IMG/VR virus record: IMGVR_UViG_3300029823_000006
From: a virus
Taxonomy: Duplodnaviria; Caudoviricetes
Direction: 5' to 3' (one strand)
Length of the DNA stretch: 34,317 nucleotides
Of the stretch, positions 26,140-34,317 are shown piece after piece (position 1 is the stretch's first letter; every line of letters begins with the position of its first letter). Both the position numbers and the translations under genes were made by a program. Below the pieces are notes generated by a model, which worked only from the letters and a program-made list of their open reading frames with translations, was not told where the DNA came from and did no database searches.

Positions 26140-26212
26140 AAACCGCGAATTTTCACGCGTTACCCCACGCCCGTTGCACATCTAAAAAGCTGTGGAGATT
26201 TGACTCCCCCTA
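26140..26212. other. Candidate cos (cohesive end) region
   Basis: Between HNH and terS: GGGGGAGTCAAATCT, then a GC-rich core ACGGGCGTGGGG (26163-26174). This is the usual layout in HNH-dependent cos phages. Confidence 0.55.
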
Positions 26213-26569
26213 CCGGGTTCCCCAACGGTCTCCATCTTTTGCAGTGATGGTAGAGTGACAGGAAGTACAAAGGGACATAAGATTGCTTCTATCATGTGTT
26301 CCACCTCTTGCAAGAGGAAGAATGTGATGCACCTCGGTTGCTGAGGTCAGCTTTCCTTGTCGTTTACACTCCTCGCAAAGAGGATGAGCCGCAATGTAGC
26401 GATCACGTATTCTTTTCCATGCACGACCATATCGCTTACGAGTTGCTGGATCGCGGTCATACTTTTCATACCGTGCGGCTTCCTTTTTAGCATGTTCTTC
26501 ACAAAAACGTCTGTCAGTCAGCTCTGGACAACCAGGGTAAGAGCATGGTCGCTTAGGTTTCCTTGGCAT
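26210..26569 (-). CDS. HNH endonuclease (terminase cofactor, HK97 gp74-like)
   Basis: N-terminal C..PGC...C..H, CEEC, and VHHILP...GGT....NL..LC..CH. Probable start ATG 26569, after SD GGAGGT. Confidence 0.92.
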   Translation of the reverse strand: MPRKPKRPCSYPGCPELTDRRFCEEHAKKEAARYEKYDRDPATRKRYGRAWKRIRDRYIAAHPLCEECKRQGKLTSATEVHHILPLARGGTHDRSNLMSLCTSCHSTITAKDGDRWGTR

Positions 26570-26590
26570 ACTACACCTCCTTTTGCCCAT

Positions 26591-26630
26591 AGAAAAAGCC
26601 CTCGCAGGAGAAATGCTCCCGTGAAGGCTT
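26591..26630 (-). terminator. Terminator-like hairpin in the late-operon leader
   Basis: AAGCCTTCACGGGAG-CATTT-CTCCTGCGAGGGCTT followed by TTTCT (15-bp stem, one mismatch). Confidence 0.65.
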
Positions 26631-26649
26631 CTGTTTGCTAATATTCCAT

Positions 26650-26720
26650 ACTACCATTATATAGCTTTCCCTACGGACAAACAGTGTCATCGTATGCCAA
26701 CCTGTGCCAAAGTGTGCCAA
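26650..26720 (-). promoter_or_regulatory. Putative activator-dependent late promoter with four phased repeats
   Basis: TTGGCAC / TTGGCAC / TTGGCAT / ATGACAC at an exact 10-bp period, then TATAAT (26656-26661) without a consensus -35 at 17 bp. Confidence 0.7.
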
Positions 26721-26723
26721 CTT

Positions 26724-27134
26724 TTATTTAGGCACCTTTAAATGCTGCAAGGCTGATGAGTGAAGTCTATGCACAGTTCTCATAGAAACATTAAGGTTGA
26801 CACAGATTTCTTCCCAGTTAAGAAAGTTAATGTAACGGTAGCGAAGAAGCAGCTTCTCATCCACGTTTTCCATCTGGTTAATCGCTTCACGAATATCTGA
26901 CTTAAGCTTTATTAAACGTTCCACCTCTTGTTGTATCTGCTTCTCCAAATCTACTATTCTAATCACGTATTTTTCAAAAGGTGGATCAGTACTTTTTGTT
27001 TTACTGACTTTTTCCTCAAGAACAGGAGATGAAACACTCCTTGAGAGTTCCCTTAGATTTTGTAACTCCTCTAGATCGGAATTAATCAACTCATTTAAGC
27101 GATATGCTTGTTTCAAGAATTCCTTTGCCGTCAT
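26724..27134 (-). CDS. Late transcriptional regulator (DUF1492/ArpU/RinA-like, sigma region 4-type HTH)
   Basis: MTAKEFL.QAY start; C-terminal LL.YRYI....WEEIC..LN.S.RTV.RLH..AL; last gene before the packaging module. Confidence 0.82.
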   Translation of the reverse strand: MTAKEFLKQAYRLNELINSDLEELQNLRELSRSVSSPVLEEKVSKTKSTDPPFEKYVIRIVDLEKQIQQEVERLIKLKSDIREAINQMENVDEKLLLRYRYINFLNWEEICVNLNVSMRTVHRLHSSALQHLKVPK

Positions 27135-27352
27135 CGCACCACCTCCTCATGTAGCTTTTTAATTAGCATCTCAGGATCGAGGGATGTTAGGGTAGTGAAA
27201 TACCCGGAATGAAAGAAACGCTCAATCTCACCTTTCGTATATCTAGCAGAATCATTGCGAGGGTATTTTGCTAGTCTTTTCAGAGCAAAACGATAATCCT
27301 TGACCGCCTGTAGAATAATGGCATTTGCCAGTTTTTCAAATGCATCCATCAT
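27131..27352 (-). CDS. Conserved phage hypothetical protein
   Basis: LANAII.QAV.DYR and E.FF.S..F..LT pattern; overlaps both neighbours by ATGA. Confidence 0.75.
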   Translation of the reverse strand: MMDAFEKLANAIILQAVKDYRFALKRLAKYPRNDSARYTKGEIERFFHSGYFTTLTSLDPEMLIKKLHEEVVR

Positions 27353-28710
27353 ACAACACCCCTCGCTTTCCCCAGATTTGCTTTGACAGCATTTATAAGA
27401 TCGGACTGTGTCTTTTCCTTTCGTTTCAAAGCTCTCATCACATCTTCATCAATCGTGCCTTTAGTAACAATGTGATGGATAACCACCGTTTCATTTTGTC
27501 CTTGTCTCCAAAGTCTTGCATTTGTTTGCTGATAGAGCTCCAGACTCCAAGTAAGACCAAACCAGATAAGTGTTGAACCTCCACTTTGTAAATTGAGACC
27601 GTGTCCTGCTGATGCGGGATGGATAACCGCCACAGAAATATCACCGTTGTTCCAGTCTTTGATATCCTTGGATGTTTTAATTTCTCTAACATTAAATCTT
27701 GCTTTAATACGCTCTAAATCGTGATTATACCAATATGCAATAAGAACAGGTTTGCCGTTTGCACCTTCGATTAAATCTTCAAGAGCATCCAGCTTGCGGT
27801 CATGGATAATATGAGTATTTTTATCATCATCATAGACAGCACCGTTTGCCATTTGAAGGAGTTTGCCCGAAAGGACTGCTGCATTCATGGCATCAATCTC
27901 CTCATTGGCAAGCTCAAGAACCATTTCTTCACGAAAGTGATCGTATACTGATTGTTCTTTATCATTTAGATACACCGACACTTCATTTATCACGCATTCT
28001 GGCATTTTCAGAAAATCAACCGACTTCATTGAAATGGTAATATCTGAAATTAGCCGATATATGGCATCTTCTGCCCCAGGTAACGGTTTATATGAAAATA
28101 CAATCTGCTGATTACGTTTATCTGGAGTAAAGAAGGAATTGCGGTAGTGAGTTATGTATCTGCCGAGTCTTTTACCCATGTCGAGAATACGAAACTCTGC
28201 CCACAAATCCATTAACCCGTTACTGGATGGAGTACCCGTAAGACCCACGATACGTTTCGCCCTAGGTCTGACTTTTAGTAAACTCTTAAATCTTTTTGCT
28301 CCATAGGACTTAAAAGATGACAATTCATCAATGACCACCATGTCATAATCAAAAGGAATGCCACTTTTGTTTACTAACCAGTCAACATTTTCTCTGTTTA
28401 TAAGATAGACACTTGCTGGTTTCCTAAGAGCTGCTAACCGCTCCTGTTCTGTTCCAATAGCCACTGAATACTCCAGTCCTTTTAAATGCTCCCATTTGTT
28501 TATCTCAGCTGGCCAAGTATCCCTTGCTACCCTTAGAGGGGCAATGACCAGAACCTTTCCAATTTCAAAACTATCAAGACATAAATCAAATATAGCAGTT
28601 AAAGTGATTACGCTTTTGCCAAGACCCATCTCTAAAAACACCGCTGCTATAGGATGCTCAAGTATGAAATTCGTAGCATATGTTTGATATTTATGAGGAT
28701 TGTATTTCAT
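27349..28710 (-). CDS. SNF2-family (DEAD/DEAH-like) helicase
   Basis: MGLGKS, VVIDELS, LTGTP, GHGLNLQ and Q.NARLWRQGQ motifs. Probable start ATG 28710. Confidence 0.93.
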   Translation of the reverse strand: MKYNPHKYQTYATNFILEHPIAAVFLEMGLGKSVITLTAIFDLCLDSFEIGKVLVIAPLRVARDTWPAEINKWEHLKGLEYSVAIGTEQERLAALRKPASVYLINRENVDWLVNKSGIPFDYDMVVIDELSSFKSYGAKRFKSLLKVRPRAKRIVGLTGTPSSNGLMDLWAEFRILDMGKRLGRYITHYRNSFFTPDKRNQQIVFSYKPLPGAEDAIYRLISDITISMKSVDFLKMPECVINEVSVYLNDKEQSVYDHFREEMVLELANEEIDAMNAAVLSGKLLQMANGAVYDDDKNTHIIHDRKLDALEDLIEGANGKPVLIAYWYNHDLERIKARFNVREIKTSKDIKDWNNGDISVAVIHPASAGHGLNLQSGGSTLIWFGLTWSLELYQQTNARLWRQGQNETVVIHHIVTKGTIDEDVMRALKRKEKTQSDLINAVKANLGKARGVV

Positions 28711-28972
28711 AGAGTATCCCTCCAATTTGCTGAACATCGTCAATGACATAGCAGGTAAAGCCTAACTTCTGTAATTGCTTTATTCTTCTAATCTGTAGTG
28801 GACGAGGTTTCTTTCCGGGAGCCTTTAATTCTACAAATGCCATCTTTCCAAGTGGTAAAAGCACTAGGCGGTCTGGCATCCCATCTAAACCTGGGCTAAC
28901 AAACTTTGCTGCAATGCCACCCATCTTTTTTACCTCAGCCACCAGTTTCTTTTCGACATACTTTTCAAGCAT
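28691..28972 (-). CDS. VRR-NUC domain nuclease
   Basis: PG..G.PDR..L and FVELKAPG.KPRPLQ (PD-(D/E)xK). Probable start ATG 28972, after SD GGAGGT. Confidence 0.9.
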   Translation of the reverse strand: MLEKYVEKKLVAEVKKMGGIAAKFVSPGLDGMPDRLVLLPLGKMAFVELKAPGKKPRPLQIRRIKQLQKLGFTCYVIDDVQQIGGILYEIQSS

Positions 28973-28996
28973 AAATACCTCCCATATAAAAAGGCT

Positions 28997-29283
28997 CGGA
29001 ACAAGAAAACAACTTTGACCCATTTTTCCTATACGCGCGCGTATGCGTGTATGCACAGGCTACACTTTCTTCTTTTTTACTATTTATAAATAAATAGGAT
29101 ACTTCTTGTTCCACTTGTTCCGAACCGTAGATTTTCCTTTTGATTACTAGCTTTGGGGAAAGAACCAGTATGAGAACAAGGTAAGGTACAACTAGCTTTG
29201 TTCCTCGGTTCGGGAATAAGCTCGTTGCTTTCCATAGATAGGGAAATTGATTGTTCCGTTCTTGTTCTCGATGTACTTGTTCC
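28997..29283. repeat. Candidate replication origin: GAACAA-type iterons in both orientations, a GC palindrome and an AT-rich tract
   Basis: GGAACAAG 28998, CTTGTTCC 29105 and 29114, GAGAACAAG 29172, TTTGTTCC 29197, more copies at 29251-29283; palindrome ATACGCGCGCGTAT 29031-29044; TATTTATAAATA 29081-29092. Confidence 0.55.
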
Positions 29284-31558
29284 ACCCACTGATCTTTCTC
29301 ATAATGGCACCGATGGCATAAGAATCAGATGTTCTCATTGAGGATGCATCTTTTCCAAAACATTCACACCAAATCTCCATATTGCAGACAAGGGTTCTTT
29401 TTACTGTTCCAACACGGGTGCCGCCGCCAAATTCGCTACCGCCGAGGAAATTTCTACGCTCGTATAAAGACATAGTGTCCCAATCATCCGGCAAAAGAGT
29501 ATCCAGATAGGTACGAACCAATCCTTCTCGTTCATCTGTTTCCATGGCATCTGCCTGCTCACTAGTTGCCATGGATGCATCATCACCTTCAAGGTAGAGT
29601 TTTTCTCCCTTCTCATAAAGCACTAGTGTCTCTGCCCAAATCTGCTGTACTTCCTCTTTAGTCATCTGCCAAGCTTTCTTTTTACCATTACCGCTAATAC
29701 GGACTGGCCAGAATCTTCGATTGCCAGTTATATCCCGAAGAAACCCGCTTTCTGCATTTGTAGAACCTACAATCACACATTGACGGGGATGGCTTTCCAC
29801 ATTGACTCCATAACTTGCCCGGTACTTATCATCTGCCCTCGAAATAAAAGACTTCACAATTTCCACATCCGTCTTACGCATACCAGCAAGCTCACCCAGT
29901 TCCAATAACCAATATCCCTGAAGTTTCTCAGCTCCAGATTTATCTTTCATGTCCGTAATGGTCAAACTATCTGAAAACCAATCTCCAGCAAGTTTTGCAA
30001 AGAAGGTTGACTTACCGATACCTTGAGGACCGTTTAAGATAAGGACACTATCAAACTTTGTGCCTGGTCTATAAATGCGGGCTACCGCTGCAACCATCGT
30101 TTTGCGGATGACTGCTTTTGTATAGGAATTATCTGTTGCACCGAAATAATCAATTAATAGATTATCTACTCGACTAATTCCATCCCATTTTGGCAGGGAG
30201 TCCAGATACTCCTTAACAGGATGGTAGGCTCGTTCAGCCGCTACCGCTAACACAGCATCCTTGGTCTTGGTAGGTGAATAGACTCCGTATTTGCTGCTTA
30301 AATACACTTTAAGAAGTGCATTATCTGAATCATTCCAACCCGCCTTGATCTGTTCCCAAGGCAGGCCACCTTTGGCATCAATACCATCACGGTGGCAATT
30401 AAAAGCTATATGCTGTAATTCCTTGTCATGACGAATAATTAAAACGATGTTGTCTAGAGTGTCTTTTATTCGGCCTTGCTTATCCAATTCCAAAGCTGTC
30501 TGCCAATCCTCATCACTAAACTCCTCTTCAGCCTGTGCCTGTCTCTCCTTAGCAAACTCAGCTTTTACTCTTTCATCTTTTATAGCAAACTCGCACATTG
30601 CCACAAAAGATGGCATCTTACTAGGAGCTGTAGTGGTAGAAGCTTTATCATCTAAAGAACCGAATTTATGAATACGAACGAGATCAAAAGCATTGAGGAG
30701 TAATCCACTTGCTGGGTCTGTAGCATGGTGGCTGTATGCGAATTTATCATCATAGATAATCACACCGGCACTACTATCAGCTGGAATATAATCGTATCGC
30801 CCTTCCATAGCAGAAGGTGCATAAACTGCACCTAAGAATTTCTCAATTGCTTCACGAACGGGATAGGCACGACAGAATGTTCCTACCACACCTTCCTTTA
30901 AAAGCGGGTCCGCTTGCTCTTTAATACTGCGATTTATAACTTCAGACTGCCTGCTTGATACTGGCCAAGTTGATGTATCCCGCCAGTTTTGATATTTTGA
31001 AAGATAAACATCAGGGTCAAGCAATTCTCCATCCTGCTCTTCATAGACGAATTCACCATTAGAGGAAGTGGATGGCCAATACATAAGGCGATGGGCTTCA
31101 TAAGTCGTATCATCGAAAAGATCTATGCCGATTTCTTTTGCCACCATACGTCCAACGGCTGCGTATTCTTCTTCGCTGATTTCACGAGCGAGAGGAACGA
31201 TTAGCCTAAGTCTTGGATTTTCCGGTGTGTGCTTATGGGTGGAATAAACACAGCATTTGAAATCAAAAAGCATACTGATTTGTTCCCAGATATCTGGTCT
31301 ACCGTAATCCATATCTAAGGTAAGCAAAGAACGGCATAAAACATTGCCCTTCTTTCGCCTTCCCCCTTTTAAATGGCCTCCGACAAAACCACCCACATCT
31401 TTGATATCATCTTGTTGGCCTCTTTTTAATTTCCGATATTCTTCTACTGTTTCCGTAGTACGTTGTGTTGTCTTTACACGGGCACAAAAATCCTCCCACG
31501 AGATATCTTTGTTTTTCCATTTCTTGTCCATCCGGCTGTTGCCCACAGCGATTTTCAT
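29192..31558 (-). CDS. Primase-helicase, virulence-associated E (VirE/VapE) family
   Basis: N-terminal primase-polymerase-like LTLDMD, YSTHKH and RLRL..PL; C-terminal Walker A GPQGIGKST, ELGEL and TGNRRFWPV. Confidence 0.9.
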   Translation of the reverse strand: MKIAVGNSRMDKKWKNKDISWEDFCARVKTTQRTTETVEEYRKLKRGQQDDIKDVGGFVGGHLKGGRRKKGNVLCRSLLTLDMDYGRPDIWEQISMLFDFKCCVYSTHKHTPENPRLRLIVPLAREISEEEYAAVGRMVAKEIGIDLFDDTTYEAHRLMYWPSTSSNGEFVYEEQDGELLDPDVYLSKYQNWRDTSTWPVSSRQSEVINRSIKEQADPLLKEGVVGTFCRAYPVREAIEKFLGAVYAPSAMEGRYDYIPADSSAGVIIYDDKFAYSHHATDPASGLLLNAFDLVRIHKFGSLDDKASTTTAPSKMPSFVAMCEFAIKDERVKAEFAKERQAQAEEEFSDEDWQTALELDKQGRIKDTLDNIVLIIRHDKELQHIAFNCHRDGIDAKGGLPWEQIKAGWNDSDNALLKVYLSSKYGVYSPTKTKDAVLAVAAERAYHPVKEYLDSLPKWDGISRVDNLLIDYFGATDNSYTKAVIRKTMVAAVARIYRPGTKFDSVLILNGPQGIGKSTFFAKLAGDWFSDSLTITDMKDKSGAEKLQGYWLLELGELAGMRKTDVEIVKSFISRADDKYRASYGVNVESHPRQCVIVGSTNAESGFLRDITGNRRFWPVRISGNGKKKAWQMTKEEVQQIWAETLVLYEKGEKLYLEGDDASMATSEQADAMETDEREGLVRTYLDTLLPDDWDTMSLYERRNFLGGSEFGGGTRVGTVKRTLVCNMEIWCECFGKDASSMRTSDSYAIGAIMRKISGWNKYIENKNGTINFPIYGKQRAYSRTEEQS

Positions 31559-31989
31559 AAGCTTTCGACCTCCTCATGCTCCGGACTAAAATATCTGACC
31601 GTTTGTCTGCGTTTCTTGGCTACTTCAATCTCCCTTGCCATCCCGCTTGAGATGGTATTGCCTAGCACCCAAACCTCGGAGCATTTGCCCATAAGCACGA
31701 TGTCCATAAATATGGCAAGTTCCCGTTCCTTTGGATTTTCATCATCCATAAACTGTGGAAACATAAGGTGGGGAGCAATCGGAATACAGTTTTGGTCTAA
31801 TGCAAACCTGCAAAAACTGCGAGCCTTTTTAATGTTTCCTTCTACATCACCGGAATAGGGAGAACAAATATATACAAGTGGCTTAAAGGCAGATTTTTTC
31901 TCTGCCTTTTTCTTTCTTATTATGTTGGTCAGTGCCTCATGGGGAGTTGGGTCATGGTATCCTTCATGATTGAATTTATCAATTCCCAT
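31555..31989 (-). CDS. DUF4406-like protein (nucleoside 2-deoxyribosyltransferase-like fold)
   Basis: VYICSPY.GD, PIAPHL and C.EVWV.G..IS.GM..EI..A motifs. Probable start ATG 31989, overlapping the antirepressor stop. Confidence 0.72.
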   Translation of the reverse strand: MGIDKFNHEGYHDPTPHEALTNIIRKKKAEKKSAFKPLVYICSPYSGDVEGNIKKARSFCRFALDQNCIPIAPHLMFPQFMDDENPKERELAIFMDIVLMGKCSEVWVLGNTISSGMAREIEVAKKRRQTVRYFSPEHEEVESL

Positions 31990-32741
31990 TACACACCCTC
32001 CATTTCTATCTGCGGCAAAATACCATCTGCCTTCAACAGTTCGTAAATGAAGAGTCTGCCTTTTTGAGTCCAATATGTATGGACTTTTGTATGCAGTTCA
32101 CCGTTACTACCAATGTAGCTATGTGTCTTGGTGCTGGTATAGCCTTTTTCTGCGTACTTCTGATATAAAAGCCAGATACCACCTTGTTTAAACTGGATGC
32201 CCTTTTTATTAAGATAGCGGTTCATCCAAATAGCTGACTTGCCGTAATCTTTGGCAATTGCTGATGTAGAAATGAGGTCTTTGCAATTTAAAACTACATC
32301 ATAATAGGAGACTTTCGGTTTCATTTCCGCAATCTGCTGATTCTGAACAGCAATCGTACCTTCAAGTAATTTATTTTGATTCCTTACTTGATTTAGTTGC
32401 TGATTGGCAAACTGTAATGCCCTTGCCATGATTGCTTCTGGAGAGTTCCATCGTCTTTCAATTTCAAGAAAGTACCCGCGGCATTGTTTTCCTTTTGGAG
32501 TACGCTGTATCATGCATAGCTCTTTTGCCATATCAATTGTTATTTGGTGGTCAACAGCAGGTCTTCCACCTGTACTTTCCGACAGAAATGTCGAAAAGTC
32601 CGTACCCTCCACAAATCCATACTCACACATTCTTGGAAACCATTTATCATAGGGTGTTTTCACTTCCAAAACTGCATGCAAATCACGGCCAAGTACTGTG
32701 GGGCGGTCTTTTTCATAGTTGATTCTTACTAATTCGTCCAT
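31989..32741 (-). CDS. Phage antirepressor (AntA-like N-terminal domain plus ANT/KilAC C-terminal domain)
   Basis: GRDLH..LEV.T.Y..WF.RM and MAKELCM...GKQ.R.YF; KPKV.YYD.VL, IAKDYG and WTQKGRLFIY. Confidence 0.9.
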   Translation of the reverse strand: MDELVRINYEKDRPTVLGRDLHAVLEVKTPYDKWFPRMCEYGFVEGTDFSTFLSESTGGRPAVDHQITIDMAKELCMIQRTPKGKQCRGYFLEIERRWNSPEAIMARALQFANQQLNQVRNQNKLLEGTIAVQNQQIAEMKPKVSYYDVVLNCKDLISTSAIAKDYGKSAIWMNRYLNKKGIQFKQGGIWLLYQKYAEKGYTSTKTHSYIGSNGELHTKVHTYWTQKGRLFIYELLKADGILPQIEMEGV

Positions 32742-32834
32742 ACGAATTACCTCCTGTAATATAGTCAGAGAGGAAACCCCTCTACCTAATAGCCACAGGA
32801 GGTGATGAATGTTGAGGATTTTGAAAAAATATAT

Positions 32835-34317
32835 TTAATCTTTTTGATAAAACTGACACTCATAGCCATCAGCACTAAGTAACAGGCCATTTGCCCATGT
32901 TGGTGTCCTAGCCATTTGTTCACAAATAGTAGAAAGTGACATCCTCATATCCGCTTCGATTATAATTTCATCGTGTACATGAGCTACAATGGAACAATTC
33001 CTCAACGTCTGCATGGCATAACACAAAATGTCCCGACTGATTGCCTGAACAATATTCTCTACAAATTTTGGTCCATAGCTTTCGATTCTTTCCCATTTCT
33101 TTGTCCCACCAACCCCTTCATAAGTAACTGACTCACCACCAAATACATTCTCTCCCATACGAGGTTTCACATAGGAAAGCCGCCTGCCGGAAGGAAGGAC
33201 AATAAAGAGCATCCCACTTTGATATATAAATTTAATACCGTGTGTTTCTGTAGGAGTTTTTTGCTTAACGCAGGTTTTTACAGCACGGTCAACATCCCAC
33301 CATAGTTTTGTAATATTGGGATTGGATTGTCTCCAAGCCGTTACAAGAGGTTGAAGTTCCTCTTCTTCAATTCCCATCTCCAAAGCACCCATTGATTTCA
33401 GTGCACCAACAGCTCCACCGTAACCTAGGGCTAATTCAGCAATTTTTCCCTTCTGACGAAGATGTCCATTAACACCGTTTTTCTCCACAGGTACATTAAA
33501 CATCTGAGATGCACTTGCACAGTAAATGTCACCGCCATTTTGGAATACATCTATTCTCCATTTTTCTCCCGCAAGCCAGGCGATAACGCGAGCTTCAATC
33601 GCTGAAAAATCTGCAACTATAAACTTCATGCCCTCCTGTGGTATAAAAGCAGTTCGGATAAGTTCCGACAGTACCTCCGGGATAGAATCATAAAGTAAGG
33701 TAAGAGCATCAAAGTTTCCGCTACGAACTAAAGCACGAGCCTGTTCCAAATCAGGCATATGGTTTTGAGGGAGATTTTGTAGTTGAATAAGCCTGCCCGA
33801 AAACCTACCAGTTCTGTTTGCTCCATAAAACTGAAACATTCCTCTTGCACGATCATCATTACATACTGCATTCTCCATTGCCGTGTATTTTTTTATCGAT
33901 GATTTTGCAAGCTGCTGACGAAGTTCCAAAACGGTGCCTAGTGGTTCAGGTGCTGTCTTTAACATCTCAGCAACTGCTTTTTTACCAAGACTATCTGTTT
34001 CCAATCCGTTATCAGCAAGCCATTCTTTCATTTGTTGTACAGAGTTTGGATTCTCCAAATTAGTTATATCCTGCATTAAAGCCATTAGCTTTTCCCGCGA
34101 CTGTTCATCCATCTTGACGGCTTGTTTTACAAAAGCCATGTCAATAGCGATACCACGATCATTGATTTTCTGGTCAAGATGATATTCTGACCATATATTC
34201 TCTGGAAGCGGGAATTTAGATAGTCTCTGCTGTATTGACATCTCAGCTTCCACATCACGGAGGTTATATGCTTTAAATCGCTCCCATTTATCAATATCGT
34301 GTTTTGGCAAATTACGA
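32835..34317 (-). CDS. Family A DNA polymerase (3' part; start lies beyond the window)
   Basis: RTGRFSG...QLQNLP, motif A DFSAIEARV, motif B RQKGKIAELALGYG, motif C HVHDE. Confidence 0.95.
   Translation of the reverse strand, partial: RNLPKHDIDKWERFKAYNLRDVEAEMSIQQRLSKFPLPENIWSEYHLDQKINDRGIAIDMAFVKQAVKMDEQSREKLMALMQDITNLENPNSVQQMKEWLADNGLETDSLGKKAVAEMLKTAPEPLGTVLELRQQLAKSSIKKYTAMENAVCNDDRARGMFQFYGANRTGRFSGRLIQLQNLPQNHMPDLEQARALVRSGNFDALTLLYDSIPEVLSELIRTAFIPQEGMKFIVADFSAIEARVIAWLAGEKWRIDVFQNGGDIYCASASQMFNVPVEKNGVNGHLRQKGKIAELALGYGGAVGALKSMGALEMGIEEEELQPLVTAWRQSNPNITKLWWDVDRAVKTCVKQKTPTETHGIKFIYQSGMLFIVLPSGRRLSYVKPRMGENVFGGESVTYEGVGGTKKWERIESYGPKFVENIVQAISRDILCYAMQTLRNCSIVAHVHDEIIIEADMRMSLSTICEQMARTPTWANGLLLSADGYECQFYQKD

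Larger units (their letters stand above)
1..34317 (-). mobile_element. Temperate siphovirus/prophage, internal segment from replication through lysis modules; ends not in window
   Basis: Co-directional replication, packaging, HK97-type head, long non-contractile tail and lysis genes in canonical order. An antirepressor suggests a temperate lifestyle. No integrase or att site is visible. Confidence 0.95.

Noticed and set aside
26681-26720. Short tandem repeats considered as a CRISPR or mini-array
   Set aside because: Period is only 10 bp with no unique spacers and no cas genes; better explained as regulator binding sites.
28965-29289. Minus-strand ORFs of 106 and 69 aa, and the 28-codon N-terminal extension of VRR-NUC
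   Set aside because: They cross the iteron/palindrome region and have no recognisable motifs; the VRR-NUC SD points to a start at 28972.
20306-31558. 'Virulence' labels on the virulence-related protein and VirE
   Set aside because: These are historical family names; the sequences indicate an amidoligase-like paralogue and a primase-helicase, with no evidence of toxin function.

Overview
The whole window is the internal part of a temperate siphovirus (most likely a prophage) of a low-GC Gram-positive host, probably Clostridia-like. All real genes lie on the minus strand. In transcription order (right to left): family-A DNA polymerase (partial), antirepressor, DUF4406-like protein, VirE-type primase-helicase, a candidate iteron origin, VRR-NUC nuclease, SNF2 helicase, late activator, HNH and a candidate cos site, terS, a ~7.2 kb accessory block, terL, portal, ClpP-type protease, HK97 capsid, head fibre, head-tail joining proteins, tail tube, a frameshifted tail chaperone, tape measure, Dit, Tal/Gp37-like protein, an FN3-repeat tail protein, holin, an unexplained BppU-like gene and an amidase endolysin (partial; this CDS is absent from the ORF track). 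The accessory block between terS and terL is the most interesting part. (i) A phage SAM synthetase is coupled to an adenine methyltransferase (MTase) and a cytosine MTase; the cytosine MTase has about 8 tandem modules resembling target recognition domains (TRDs) and a nested out-of-frame gene with its own ribosome-binding site. (ii) Two small units share an identical 18-bp upstream motif; one encodes an intact amidoligase plus a gamma-glutamyl cyclotransferase (GGCT), the other what looks like a catalytically dead paralogue of the same amidoligase. All family assignments come from recognising motifs by eye; no database search was run.
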